A stretch of DNA of 64,000 nt from Octopus sinensis (GCF_006345805.1 NC_043006.1:87668001-87732000), one strand, 5' to 3'. Numbered from the stretch's first letter, positions 40,506 to 53,899 are shown. Notes: generated by a model from the letters alone, not told the origin. Numbers and translations are program-made.

Positions 40506-41950
40506 AATAATAATAATAATAATAATAATCCTTTCTACTATAGGCACAAGAACTGAAATTTTAGGAGAGAGGGGTTGTTGGTTATACTGAAATCTAAAGA
40601 TGGACAGAATGCCAGTAAGTGTTTTGTTCATGCTAACAATTCTACCAGCTCAGTGCCTTATAATATAATTATAATAATGATATCACTAGTGACGGCACAT
40701 GGTCTAGTAGTTAAAATGTTGAACAAAAGTTTTGGGTTTGCTTCTTGGGCTGAGTGACATTTTGTGTTCTTTGGCAAGGCATATCATTGCACATTGCCCA
40801 GTCTGCTCAGTTGTAAATGAGTACCTGTCCCAATAATGGCGCAGCTTTCTCTCCCTCCAGTTGTCACATCCTTGTTCTGTTACCTCAAGTGTGGTAAGCC
40901 TGAGAGTGTGACTATATTTTCTCTAGACTACATAGGCACCAAAAAATATTTATCAAAAACTTTCTCACTTGTGAGTGATGGGTAAACCCTATTTTAAAGA
41001 CTTTTCAATAAAATAGGCTTTAAATTTTGGCACAAGACCAGCAGTTTCAGGGGAGGGGATAAGTCAATTACCTTGACCCCAGTGCCCAACTGGTACTTAT
41101 TTTATCGACCCCCAAAGGGTTAAAAGCAAAGATGACCTTGGTGACATCTGAACTCAGAATGTAAAGACAGAGAAAATGCCACTAAGCATTTAGCCCAGTG
41201 TACAAACGATGCTGCCAGCTCAACGCCTTAGACTTTTTAATAATATTACCTACAACAACAACAATAAAATTTTCTAGCACAACAGAAAATAGTATTAATA
41301 CAAATATATTACAGATTCTTTTTTGAATATATTTAACACTAGACAAATGTAAACAAAGACAAACTCTGTAGCAAAGTATTTAACTTTAATATATGGATTA
41401 GACAGCAATAAGAACAAACATAATATATATCCATAGTTTATATTTGTTTTTGATGTTTTCTCTATTGGATTTGTTAACATTAACTTAATTACTGTTTTTC
41501 ATTCAGATGGTAATTGAATTATCTCATCTCAAAACGATTCTGTTTTCTCACAATAATAAATAGATTCCCAACACAATAACTTTGTCAAGTACAGTTAAAA
41601 ATGTGGATGTTAGAATAAGATAGAAACATGTCAAGGCTCCTCTGGTTTGATAAAAAAAATTTTATACTCCCAGCAGATGGGTTTCTGCTTAGCTTTTCTA
41701 TTGACAAGTTCACTAATTTTAATGTGGGATCTTAATGTTACTGAGCCCAAGAGGACAGAAAGTAAGGTGGTCATCAGGAAATTGAGATGGGGTTTCAAGG
41801 ATTTTTATGATTTGCTAATGACATCAAATAAGAAAAGTGCCTCCAACTCTAACTAAAGAGTCAAAACTGAGGGGACAAATTTGATTCCTTCAATTATAAT
41901 GAGAAATTTGATAATGGTTATGATGATGATATTGTTGAGTGACCACTATA

Positions 41951-43241
41951 CGAGGGACGTTCAATAAGTAATGCCTCTGACCCACTTGCAGTTGTTTGAT
42001 CTAGCTGAAATTTTGCATGTGCAATCCTTTATATCTCTACAGAGTACGTGGCAAATCACAGCTCTGAATTAATTGTGGTTTCTGATTTACAGGTGTTTGA
42101 ACCGAGTCAAGTGTGAAATGGAGCCTGTTGAGTGTCGAGCAGTGATCCGGTTTTTGTATTTGAAAGGACACACACCACGGGAGACTTTTGATGAAATGAA
42201 AGTAACTTATGGTGATGATGCCCCATCATATGACCTTGTAAAACGCTGGCATCGTGAATTCAAACATGGTCGGAACTCTGTGGAAACAGCTCCCAGATCT
42301 GGTTGCCCCTTCTGCCATTGATGAGGCATCTGTCCGTCAAGTTGAGGCTGCCATTTTGGAAGATTGACGCATAATTATTCGCCAAATAGCCCATGAGGTC
42401 AAGATTAGTACCGGGTCTGTGGAAACTATCATTCATGACCATTTGCATATGCAAAAGGTGTCTGCCAGATGGATTCCCAGGTTGCTCACGCCTTTCCAGA
42501 AGCAAGAACGCGTCGAGTGCTCGGGGGTGAATTTGGAGATGTGCCAAGAAGATGAGTCAAAATTTTTCAAAAGACTGATTACACAGGATGAAACCTGGGT
42601 CCATCATGATGATCCAGAGACCAAAGCCCAGTCAATGCAGTGGAAGCACCATAACTCACCCCCTCCAAAGAAGGCAAGGGTGCAGCCCTCCGCTGGCAAG
42701 GTCATGCTCACAGTCTTCTGGGACCAGGACGGAGTAGTGATGACAGATTTCCTGGCAAAGGGTACCACAATTGCAGGAGCCTATTATGCTTCACTTTTGA
42801 GGAAATTAAGAGAAGTTATCAAAATCAAAAGGCGGGGCAAGATCAGCAAAGGCATCCTCCTCCTGCAGGACAACGCTCCGGTCCACAACTCGCTTGTCGC
42901 CAGATCAGAAGCACAGGCGTATGGCTATGAACTCCTCCCCCATCCCCCCTACTTTCCTGACCTTGCACCCTCTGATTTTCACCTCTTCCCAGTCATGAAG
43001 TTGTTTTTGAAAGGAAAGCGTTTCCCAGATGATGCAGCCTTGATTTCTGAAGTCACGTTCAGATTGGAGGACCAAGCTGGGGTCTTCTACAAAAACGGTC
43101 TCCAGAGCTGCATCAAACAATGGGAAAAATGCGTAACTCTGGGTGGTTCCTATGTAGAAAAAGACTAATAACTGTGCCAAGTTTCGTTGCTCTACTGCTA
43201 TGGGAAGTGGGTCAGGAGCATTACTTATTGAACGCCCCTCG
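41951..43241 (+). mobile_element. Mariner transposon, full-length copy 2
   Basis: TA TSD on both sides. TIRs CGAGGGACGTTCAATAAGTAATGC / GCATTACTTATTGAACGCCCCTCG. Confidence 0.97.
42118..43168 (+). pseudogene. Mariner transposase (D,D34D) pseudogene
   Basis: MEPVECRAVIRFL start. A 2-bp deletion near 42308 and a TGA near 42366. The rest is open, with TQDETW, LQDNAP and PDLAPSDF (34 residues between the 2nd and 3rd D). Confidence 0.95.
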
Positions 43242-45779
43242 TAAACACTGTTTAAACTTACTAAGTATAAGTTAATTTGATGATAGGTTTTATATGAGAA
43301 GAGAGCTGATGTTATTGTTTAACCCCAGGTCAGTATTGATCAAGTAAGCCAATGATCAAAGCCTTTAAAAGTGTGACAGTCCCATTTTTTTTTTCAAGTT
43401 CCTTCATTCATTCATTTTATGCCATGTGAACATGACCTGGAAATACATTGTCTAATATATATATATAAGGTTCCTTAAGACAATATGGTATGATTTGAGA
43501 GATTTGGCTACTATTTCTAGCTGACCAAGTGTCTGTACAGATGTTCTGTCATTGACTTTAGAAGAGCTGTGGTTGTTGGGTAGAACCATTCCACATTGAT
43601 CTAGCAGACCCTAATCTCGTTAGCTAACTGGCTATGATCTATATATCCAACACTTAAGATACACTGTATTTCTGCCTAGTTAAGGACATTGACATGCAGT
43701 GGTTTATTGTGTGGGGGAGCAATATGGCATGACTGCAAATACTGCGTTTTCCCTTCAGTCCAGTCTGCTATTGTAGCCTCTGGTAATGACCACAATAGAA
43801 GTAAACTATGTTAGCAGCAACATTACTGTTCTCCTGGGCTCAGTTGGTTATTGATGTGACAGCTGCTATTTTCTCTATTTCCTACTCTGATTGTCTTAAA
43901 TGAGTGGGAAGGATAGAATCTTTGTGATGGTATTGTAGTGTTTGTGTTGTTTAACTTGAAGCCAGTACCAAATAAATAACTGTAATAAAAAGAAACTTGC
44001 CAACCATATGTTGTATCTGGTCAACTCCTCCATCACTACTATTACTACAGCTCACCACTATTAATCTTCAGATATGATTTACATAAACATCTAAACCTCA
44101 AAAATGTATTTACCAAGCTGACATTAACAACTGCTTTTCAGGTTATTTGAAAAGCTTTCAGAATTCTATACATTTAAGTTCACTTCATCAATATACCCAC
44201 CACTGCCACCATTATCATAATTGTCAACAAAATTATTATCGATTTCATCACTACCACTAATATCATCATTTTCAACATTACTCTAATAACTATAATCCTC
44301 CACATCTTCTTCTCTTCATTATTAATGCTGCCATCATCATTATCATCACCCACATTGTCATCACTCTCACTATAACTGCAATCAATAAAATAATCAATAT
44401 TATCAACATCACAATCAACATTATAACTTTCTTCATTATTTCATGGTTCAGACAAGTTCAAGAGCCTTGCAGGATGTTGTCTCATCTTTTGCCAAGTTCT
44501 TCTGGCACCTCCTCATTACAAGACAAAATGTTCATTAAGAGTTAATAGTGGCAGCTGCAGTAGAATATTGTCTTAAGTTTTGTTCTGAGAACAAAGGGGC
44601 CAGTTTCAATTTATAGTTAGAAATGTTTCTATGTTTGATTAGTTAAATATCCAATATTCATTGCCCAATTCAAGCTCAGATACTATCACTTTCTTCCAAA
44701 TATTACTTAAAGGAGAAAATAAATGATTCTCTATGAGTTTCAATCATTTGATCAACTAAATAACCTGCTCATTAAATTAACATGTAAGTTACTGAACATT
44801 CTACAGACACAAATACCAACAGCATAAACCTCGGGTAAAATCAGCTTGACACAGTATGTGACAAGGTTGTACATCTGAATTACAGACACAATCCATCTGA
44901 CAGGCTTCCTCACAGTTTCCATCCAGTTAATTTTACTCACAAGGTTTGGATCAGCTCAAGACACTAGTAAAAAAAAAATCGACACCCAAGATGCCACGCA
45001 GTGGGATTGAACCCAGATCCTCATGATAACAATGCAAACTTTCTAGCCATTCTGCTATGTTGTATACTCCACATATTATCTAATACCTAGGGAGGTAACA
45101 TGTAGGTGTGTTAAGATTTGTGAGAATATATCAAAACCACCATTAATTCATAAAATGGTGGCTTTTTGTTTCTAAATTATGTTATGGATTAAACAAATTT
45201 ATCCAATCACAGCTGTTACATTAATTGCAGATTATGTGTGATTAAGTATGATAATTAATTGTATATTGCATGTATGTAACTGTAAAGAGAACTTTATAAT
45301 GGATATCCTTCTAAATACCTTACACAGTATACTGTCTCAGACTATTACATGTAGTTATATATAGTTATTCATGATTTCACAGATCAAACATAAATCAAGA
45401 GTTTCTTGTCTTATATCACAAAAGAACAGAATACATCTTCAATCAAAATTGCTTTCAGAGATTGTTCAAAAATTTGCAAATTCTAATGTTGTTATTCTCT
45501 GGAAAGAAGCTAAGACTCTGCTAAGTAAACTAATGAGGGCTTTACAGAAGCAATTATGTTGGATTTCAGTGGAACAAATTACAAATGAAGAATTTTTCTT
45601 AATGATTCTAATCTGATTATAAACCCAGCTAACTTCTATGATTGCTTCTGCTAAGTAATGTAGTTTCTCAGAATTATTATGTGGACAGCGATCATTATTA
45701 TTATTATTATTATTATTATTCCACATCCTTCATTCACTCTCCCCATTTATCCAGTTCATGCCATCCATCAAGCTCTCAC

Positions 45780-45933
45780 TTCTTTCCTCTCTAAAATTCT
45801 CTCAAAATTTCCATGCTTCCTGAAATGCACCAACACTACTTCTGCTGCAATGCTAAATGCATCTTGTGCACTGTTAAATGTGGTGTCAAAAGATACCTTT
45901 AGATTTGCCAAAGATTTGCCAAACTCTCTCATA
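45780..45933 (-). CDS. Candidate internal coding exon (MREFGKSLANLKVSFDTTFNSAQDAFSIAAEVVLVHFRKHGNFERILERKE), product unidentified
   Basis: Acceptor CTATTTTGCTACCAG, donor GAA|GTGAGA, 154 nt (phase 2 to 0), non-repetitive protein-like composition. Confidence 0.45.
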
Positions 45934-46748
45934 CTGGTAGCAAAATAGTGCACCCAATAAACTCTGTAAAGTGATTAGGATTAGAAAGGATATTCATCAG
46001 TGGAAACCAAGCCAGAAATACAGCTTACAGGTGAGACGTGGATTTCCAGGCTGTCTAAGAGAGCAGCAAACCTTATCAGCATGGAAAATGAAGATAAAGC
46101 AACACCAACAGTAATGCTGATGTAACCAATATGGGACCATGATAAGTTAATTCTTATATCCATTTATATTTTGCGTTTATAAATAACATCTCTGTTCACC
46201 TTTAGATTTCATCTTTCTAAAACCAAATAAATACCCATGATTGCAGCTGATTAACACCAGGTTAGCCCTGATTCAGCAAATAAATGCTCAAAAGCATTTA
46301 AAAGGTATGACCATAAATTTTTATCCAATGTTTCTACTTTCTTTGAAATAGATGGGTGTATTTTGGGGAAAATTAGCTGTGATTTCTAGAGAGTCCACTG
46401 TTTTGATGATACTTTTCGGAATGGTTAAATATCAGTCATATGTCAGGTAGTTGATTCAATGAACTATATTTTTCATCATTGGCATAGTTGCTATCTAAGA
46501 AATTATAATCACTTAGTGTGGTGGATCGTCATTGTAATTCAATAATTATTTTAGTGTGCTTGCATGAGTAAGATGAAATTTACTGAGGCAAATTTTCCGC
46601 AGCTATCTCTGTTGCAAACCCTTGTCTGTTTTCAAACTTAGTAATATTTACTATGGGCAGACATGCTTTCTCCAGAAGACTAGAAATGGACAACATTGCT
46701 TGTATGATGGCTACACACATTTACAAACCATCACGTGATTCAAGAAAA

Positions 46749-46781
<33 letters not shown>

Positions 46782-47395
46782 GAGCTTCTTTCAGTTTCTG
46801 TCTACCAAATCCACTCGCGTGACTTTGGTTGGCCTGGTGTTATAGTAGAAGACCAAAGCATCATGCAGTGGAACTGAACCCAAAACTAAATGAGTAAGAA
46901 GGAAGTTTAACCACAGTCAAACCTGTACCTATTATGGATATGAAACAAATGATAGTAAATATACTTAGACACTTAATGATACCTCTATATAGGGTACCTT
47001 TAAACCTTCACACCCTACTTGTAGAAATTCAACAGATTTTAAATCCAAAACAGTTATGCTTCCCAAATTCAGTTTCTCTGTAATAAGGTGAGAAACTGAG
47101 ACACAACTGGTTAAAAATTACATGCCATGAATAGGAAAGCAATAATTCTTATATTCTTCAAAGCTATCATTATTTCTGATAGGAGCCAATGTAATTTTTC
47201 ACTCATCAAAGGTTAATAACATATGAATCAATAATATAGTAAGATTAATTGTACTAACTATTTAATCTAAAACAGATTGCCCGGCTGGTCACAGAATATT
47301 ATTATTATTATCATTATTATATCACCTCTAAACCTCTAGATGCTGATAATGCAAAATATTTAGCTAAGACTGACACATCACACACTACATATTAT

Positions 47396-47399
<4 letters not shown>

Positions 47400-47440
<41 letters not shown>

Positions 47441-47786
47441 ATATATATATATATATGGATATATATATATATATCCATATATATATATATATATATATGG
47501 ATATATATATATGGATATATATATATATATCATCATCATCATCATCATCATCGTTTAACGTCCGTTTTCCGCGCTAGCACGGGTTGGACGGTTTCGACCG
47601 GGGTCTGGGGAGCTCGGGACTGCCCCAGGCTCCAGTCTAGTCTGGCAGTGTTTCTACAGCTGGATGCCCTTCCTAACGCCAACCACTCCGCGAGTGTAGT
47701 GGGTGTTTTTTACATATATATATATATATGGATATATATATATATTATATATATATATGGATATATATATATATATATATATATGG

Positions 47787-47817
<31 letters not shown>

Positions 47818-47904
47818 GGATATATATATATATATATATATGGATATATAATATATATATATATGGATATTATATATATATATATATGGATATATAATAT
47901 ATAT

Positions 47905-47939
<35 letters not shown>

Positions 47940-47940
47940 G
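47400..47940. repeat. (TA)n/TATGGA compound satellite with an inserted RTE-tail copy (47532-47705, minus)
   Basis: Direct inspection. Confidence 0.85.
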
Positions 47941-49888
47941 GAATAGCTGATTGGTTATTCAATTATTGACTTCAAAAGATCACAAGTTCAAAGCATGAAA
48001 GTGATGTTGGATTTTTGCCTTTAGCATTGACAGAAGTTCTCACTGTGAATGACATTGAAAAGAAGGAATATCGTAATAGCAGCAGCAGCAGTGGTTGCAT
48101 AAAACAATGGCATGAAAAAGCACGTTCACAGACATAAAATACATTTGCCAATAATTCATGGAAACACCTGAATTTCTTATCATGGAACAACAAATATAGG
48201 AACCATAAAAAAATTATACAAAAACTAAATAAAGAGAAAGTGAAAGCAAAAAATAGTTTTTCTTTCCTGACATGACTTATATAATATTAATCATGTCACT
48301 GTAAGGAATTTAAATGTTCACCATTTTATTCATTTATTTTACATATGGGAAAGAAATGTCCAGCTTGTAACTATATTGATTGATATTTTTACTGACTTAG
48401 TTTGTCTGACTGGTAAGTTACATATCACATTTCTTAAAAAAGAAAATTAAAATAAAAAATGTTTAGTCATGCAAACCTTAACTTGAATAGTCTACACTTG
48501 ATTGTAAATTAGTTTATTTCTTGCTCAGTGACTAAGTTGAAATACAATCTAGACTGGAAAACTAACACGGCTCTTTGACCAAGTGTTTCTTAGCATCTAG
48601 TGCCAATAACAATCTGTGGACACCACTAAGGAAAGTAGAATTGCAGATTATAGTAAGGGACTCAGTTAAAATGTCCATGAAGCAATGCAGCTGTAAGATA
48701 ACAACCAGAATTCCATTTAACAGTTGGTGCCTTTACATGATTATAGACATGGTGAATGGACCAACTGCAGTATTTCAGTAAGTACCTTAAGTTCTCAGTA
48801 AACAATAGGATATGAAGCAAATATCTTAATTGCTTCAGCTATTGGATGTGGCCATACTGAGACACTACCTTGAAGCATTTAGTCAATCTTGTAATTATTA
48901 AATCCTGTACTTATTCTATCAGTCTCATTTTGTTGTTCCACTAAAGTACAGGGATGAAAACAAACTAACACCAGTCACACACACACATACAATATATATA
49001 TATTATGGATTTTTACACAGCTTTTTCTGTCCACCAAGTTGACTCACTAGAAATCAGTCAGTTTGAGGTTGTTGAGGAAGGCATACTATGCAGTGAACCT
49101 AAAATCTCATGGTTCTGAATTGAACTTCTTCACCTCACAGTTATGCCTGCATCTAAGGTTTAAGTCTAAAATATTAAGCCTTTCTCCTTTCTCATGGCAA
49201 ACAAATTCATGCTCTTTATGAACTGTTTGTATCCTCCTTTCCCCAGTCTAACAAACTAATTCAGAGTAGATTACATATAAATGTTCCCAGTTCAAACCTA
49301 AAGATACAGATTCCAGAAATAAGACACCAGATGACAGGAATCAAACCAACTGTAACAGTGTGTATATAAAAATGTGCTGACATTGTGTTTATTATCTCTA
49401 CATTATGGGGAAGGGAAATAATTTGGAAGTAAGGGATCTAAAATGTAAAGAAATTAAAGTTCTTCTAAAAAAATTTTTCAAAATTATAATTTCTTTGAAC
49501 AACACACAGGGTTACTTAAAAGTGAAGGCAAAAAGTGCCAACCATTTCATTTCCCATGAGGTACAGAGTACATAATCTGAAACGTTATCAAGATGTTTAG
49601 TATCTCAAAAGACGTGGCTAGTCCAAAAAATAAATAAAATAAAATTTAAAATTGTATTCACAAAAACTCATCTGAGACATTTAATCACTATTCCGAATGA
49701 CCCTTGGGTCCACTCACAAACACATACACACATTACACCTTGTTTTCCATAAGCATGCACTTATTTCTGCAGTATCTATTTTCACAAACCCTTTTCAACA
49801 TCCTAAACTTCAGTTCTATATTTAAGAGATGAGGAATTATGTACATTATTTACATTTGATGGATATTTGTCTTTATCTTGTTTGTTGT

Positions 49889-49935
49889 TAACACAACATT
49901 TTGACTGATATACCCTCCAGCCTTCATCAGGTGTC
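49889..49935 (-). ncRNA. Decayed hammerhead motif (left arm)
   Basis: GACAC-CTGATGA-A-GGCTG-GAGGGTATAT-CAGTC-AAAATGT-T-GTGTT (G12A, C15.2T). Confidence 0.55.
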
Positions 49936-50012
49936 TTGGTGAAATTTCGAACCTGGGTTCTCATTCCTAAGGTATTTTTCGATATTGTGATTATTATTAT
50001 TATTATTATTCA

Positions 50013-50085
50013 GGGCATATGGTGTAGTAGTTAAGAGCGTGGGCTACTAACCCCAAGATTCTAAGTTTGATTCCAGGCAGTGACC
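50013..50085 (+). promoter_or_regulatory. tRNA-derived Pol III internal promoter (SINE head)
   Basis: A-box TGGTGTAGTAG (50020-50030), anticodon-like arm GGG-CTACTAA-CCC, B-box GTTTGATTC (50065-50073). Confidence 0.7.
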
Positions 50086-50097
50086 TGAATAATAATG

Positions 50098-50146
<49 letters not shown>

Positions 50147-50202
50147 TGACAACATCGAAAAATACCTTAGGAATGAGAACCCAGGTTTGAATTTCCCCCC
50201 AA

Positions 50203-50248
50203 GACACCTGATGAAGGCTGGAGGGTATATCAGCTGAAACATTGTGTT
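50203..50248 (+). ncRNA. Minimal type I hammerhead ribozyme motif
   Basis: GACAC-CTGATGA-A-GGCTG-GAGGGTATAT-CAGCT-GAAACAT-T-GTGTT. Combined with the left arm, the consensus stem III is the palindrome AACGTT. Confidence 0.75.
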
Positions 50249-50849
50249 AACAACAAACAAGATGAGGACAAATATCCATCAAATGTAAATAATGTAAATG
50301 ATATCCTAAACTCCAATTACTATTTGCCCCCTAATTATCTCAATAAAGTATATTTGTCCATATACGTACACATACATACCAACACACATCTTGTACTTAA
50401 CATATATTTCACTCCTTTCCCTATCATCATTATATGTATGCTCCTGAATAATTAATGAATGAGCCTCTAGAGACCCAGCAGTCCAAACAATGTCAACTCT
50501 CCAGAACATTAAATAAGTGTCTTTCATTCATGTTTCATGCTTTTGTCAGTGAGTTAGATTGGTTTACTAAGCTAAAGTCATAACAGCTGCAGATACATAA
50601 ACCTGGCATGGAATGTTTCATCTAATACCCTGTATGTATATATATTGCACTTCCTAACAGAAACTAGAAAATGTTCAGTTATATTTGCAATTTTAAATGA
50701 TTGATTATTATTTTTTTAAAATTTCATCATGGTTTTCATTCTGTGTAAAATATACTGCTCTCATGAGCTTCACTGGCTATCCAACATTGCTGTCAATATC
50801 CAATTTAAATGACATGTTAACAGCTGTATAAAAATTAGAGAAGGGAATT

Positions 50850-52458
50850 CCTGAGAGTTGAGGTTTTGTGGAGACAGTACACAACTACCTAATTCATATA
50901 AATAGAAACCATTGTCAGTGGGTAGAAGTTGCAGAGTATTAATGAGCTAATCTCTGCCAATCTGCTGAGTGGCAGATATTCCTTTAGCTATGGTCGATAT
51001 CATCTGTGGAAGCAGATGTAAGAGAAGTATTCCACCAAAATCTTGTCTGAGCTTTGAAGATACTTAGCACTTAAACATTCTGGAAGTGTTTTGATCCTAA
51101 AGATGAAGGCCAATTTTTGTTCAGTTAAGTCAGGGTGGTTGCCAGAAGATATCATTAATCAGTGATTGTGAAGCCTAAAATCTATAGCAGCTTGAAAGGT
51201 TTTTAACTGAGTATTGTACAAGACAAGTGAGAGTGAGGTACAATATTTCTTGTTAGGTGCAGCAGCAAATGAGTTTTGGTGCTGTTAAAGTTGGAAATGT
51301 TGTCAATTTCTCATTAGAGAATGGTTTTGAGGTCTCTGCAACATGCAAGCAGTGAAAGTTTTGGTGTGATGTGTCTAAATAGCATGTGGATGCTGCATTA
51401 TGAAGATTAATGGAGAGTAATAGAATATGCAAAGGAGTAAACATTAATAGGGATGAGAGTGAATAGGTTATTTGTACGCAGGATACAAGGAGTGATCCAG
51501 ATAACCAGCCTTGGACACAGTAAAGTTAATGGAATATTAGTTGAATAGAATACCATTAGTGAATATAATATTGCAATGCATGAGATGAACAGTTGAGTTT
51601 TGTTTGTTCCTTCTCAAGCCACACCTGGCTCATAAGGGTCGGTTTCCTGGTTTCCTTGGCATATAGGTTCCCCACCTGGACGGGATGCCGGTTCGTTGCA
51701 GGTGAGCTGCAAGATGCAGGAGAAAAGACTGAGAGAAAGTTGTGGTGAAAGAGTCAGCAGAAGTTCGCCATTACCTTCTGCCAGAGCTGCATGGAGCTTA
51801 GGTGTTTTGCTCATAGACTCACACATCACCTGGTCTGAGATTCGAACCCACGATCCCATGACCGTGAGTCCTCTGCTCTAACTACTAGGCCATGTGCCTC
51901 CACAACAGTAGATTTGGTTCTACTGCAGCTAGTCGGTGGTAACCAAAAAGAAAAGTGTAGGAGAAGGTTGTTAACAACTGATTTCAACACTTTTGTGGTG
52001 CAAGAAATAGGAGCAGTTATTTGATTGCTCACAGGATCAGTAAGGGTGCACTTCTTGAGATGGGATAGACTGTAACATGTGTAAGAGGATCAGGATAGAT
52101 CAAGAATAGGCTCTAGCTCTTGGTGCTCTGTCTGAAGGTAATGGAAAGAATACTGATGGATTCAGTGGTCTGACTCTCATTTTTTTGTGTCTCAGTTAAT
52201 GCTAATCCCTTGTTCTGCCACATACAATAGAAGTGAAGTTATGTGAGAGGTGTGGAGAGACATGCCTGAGAAAATGATTTCAGTTACTGCTTAGATGTCT
52301 TCAACAGGCTAGAGACAAAGCACCAGTTGCCTTGGGTAGCCTGAAGTATCCATAGTGTTCAGAGATTGGGAGTGTTATGTCATCTGAATGTATTGTAAGG
52401 AGTAATAATTAAACAGAGAAAGAAATCAAAAGTGTTTTGAAGTTTCAGTATGTTGACC

Positions 52459-52460
<2 letters not shown>
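50850..52460 (-). mobile_element. Highly degenerate LINE RT remnant, interrupted by a SINE at 51600-51903
   Basis: The minus strand shows remnants resembling PQG (..VQG.LS.LL) and YxFADD (YSFAYSITL) near 51420-51530. Confidence 0.35.
51600..51903 (-). mobile_element. tRNA-headed SINE (same family as 5197-5503)
   Basis: The reverse complement aligns with 5197-5503 and has the B-box GGTTCGAATC. Confidence 0.75.
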
Positions 52461-52535
<75 letters not shown>

Positions 52536-53899
52536 GGATAATAAAAACTAACTATTACAAAGACAAGAACTGACAAATTTCAACTTCTGTACTAGCAGTG
52601 TTGGTTTAAGTGGAATGTAAGAGCCAAGATGAATCGTAACATTGAATCATTGAGGTAGATGACATCAGAAAGGTGAAATGAGGTAGGTTCATCATATGGT
52701 AGAAGACATATGACAAAGGCATTGTACAGTGGGGTTGACTCTGAAATTAGATTGTTTGAGAAGCAAAGTCCCTAACCACACAGCCACGGCTGCACTTGTT
52801 GAAACTATATCAACAACTAGAAAGCAAAACAAGGTCACAAATATAGTTCATTAGAAAGATGTCTCTTATTTTACATTTGTTATTTATAGACATATTTATT
52901 ATAGATTTGTATTTATTAATTTATAATTTCCTTGTAATAACAATTCCACATACATTTATGATATTCCATATCAACAATTGATATTGACTGATGTGAATCA
53001 TCTATTGAAGATATCACTGAAATATTATGGCAGAAACAGAGAGAAAGAAACAAAAAGCAGTGATTCAGAAAATAGTGTTTCTTATATTATCAGTCCACAT
53101 TCAGCAGAGATACACTTTGTAATTGAGAAGCAATTGTTGCACTTCTATTGAATTGAGGTGAGAGGATGAACTTTATTATTGATGTTTTAATGGAAATGAA
53201 GATATAAATCTGTCAGCAATGCAATAACAGGTGAACTGATAAATGAGGAAGATAAAATGTAGAGATGACTCAGACCTAAACATCAAAAACAGTGCACAGA
53301 TATATAGACACTTTTTCCCTAGCGGCATCCTGATTTGTTCTTATTGTAAAGAGTCTTTTCAACTTCTGAACATTTCATGCTTCACATGTTCACTGATTAT
53401 CACATTTAGGAAGCTTCTGCACCCGGTGTCAATGCTAAACACACTGCTTTTTCCCCCCTTTCTTTCTCATGCCCTGTCTCACACACATTCACCCATACCC
53501 TGCCTCACACACATTCACACACCATGTTTGAGCTGCTAAATATATCTCACTACTTGTTTTATTCCATCTCTTTTCAACACATTACTTTTCTTGCAGTACA
53601 TCTCATTTTGGCATGCAATCAGCATGTCATTCACTATCTAATAGGAATTCTTCCCCAGCTTCAAACTTGCCATGAACTTTGCAGCAGACTGCCCTTAATC
53701 AACAGAATTGTTTTCCACCATTTCAGATGTTTCCTTCTAACTGTTTGAAAACATTTTCTCTTACTGTGCTACCATGAAATTCGGTAATTACAGATATTTC
53801 CTACAGTTGGCATAATTTTCCTTAAGTCATCACCTCCATTATCAACTTCAACACCATTTAATTACAATAAAATTCAAGGCTGCTGACACAATATTACAT

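Larger units (their letters stand above)
37895..41225 (-). mobile_element. Tandem cluster of ~10 family B tRNA-derived SINEs separated by (AAT)n/(GAA)n
   Basis: Repeated AATCCTTTCTACTA..GG.ACAAGG...GACCCCAGT...ACTGGTACTT...GAAAGGCAAAGTC.ACC..GG..GAATTTGAACTCAGAA...CTAAGCATTT...CTGCCAGCTC units, all in the same orientation. Confidence 0.85.
49810..50302. mobile_element. tRNA-headed, HHR-containing fold-back retroelement with 10-bp flanking direct repeat
   Basis: Inverted arms ~49840-50014 / 50084-50300 surround a tRNA-like head (50013-50085). ATCCTAAACT occurs at 49800-49809 and 50303-50312. Confidence 0.8.

Noticed and set aside
48725-48778. 54-nt plus exon candidate (LVPLHDYRHGEWTNCSIS)
   Set aside because: The donor is good but the acceptor is modest, and there is no homology clue or partner exon. 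Chance-level evidence.
50013-50085. tRNA-Ser(ACT) gene
   Set aside because: There is no proper acceptor-stem pairing, it is embedded in a repeat, and an A34 anticodon for the AGY box is atypical. It is better explained as a SINE head.
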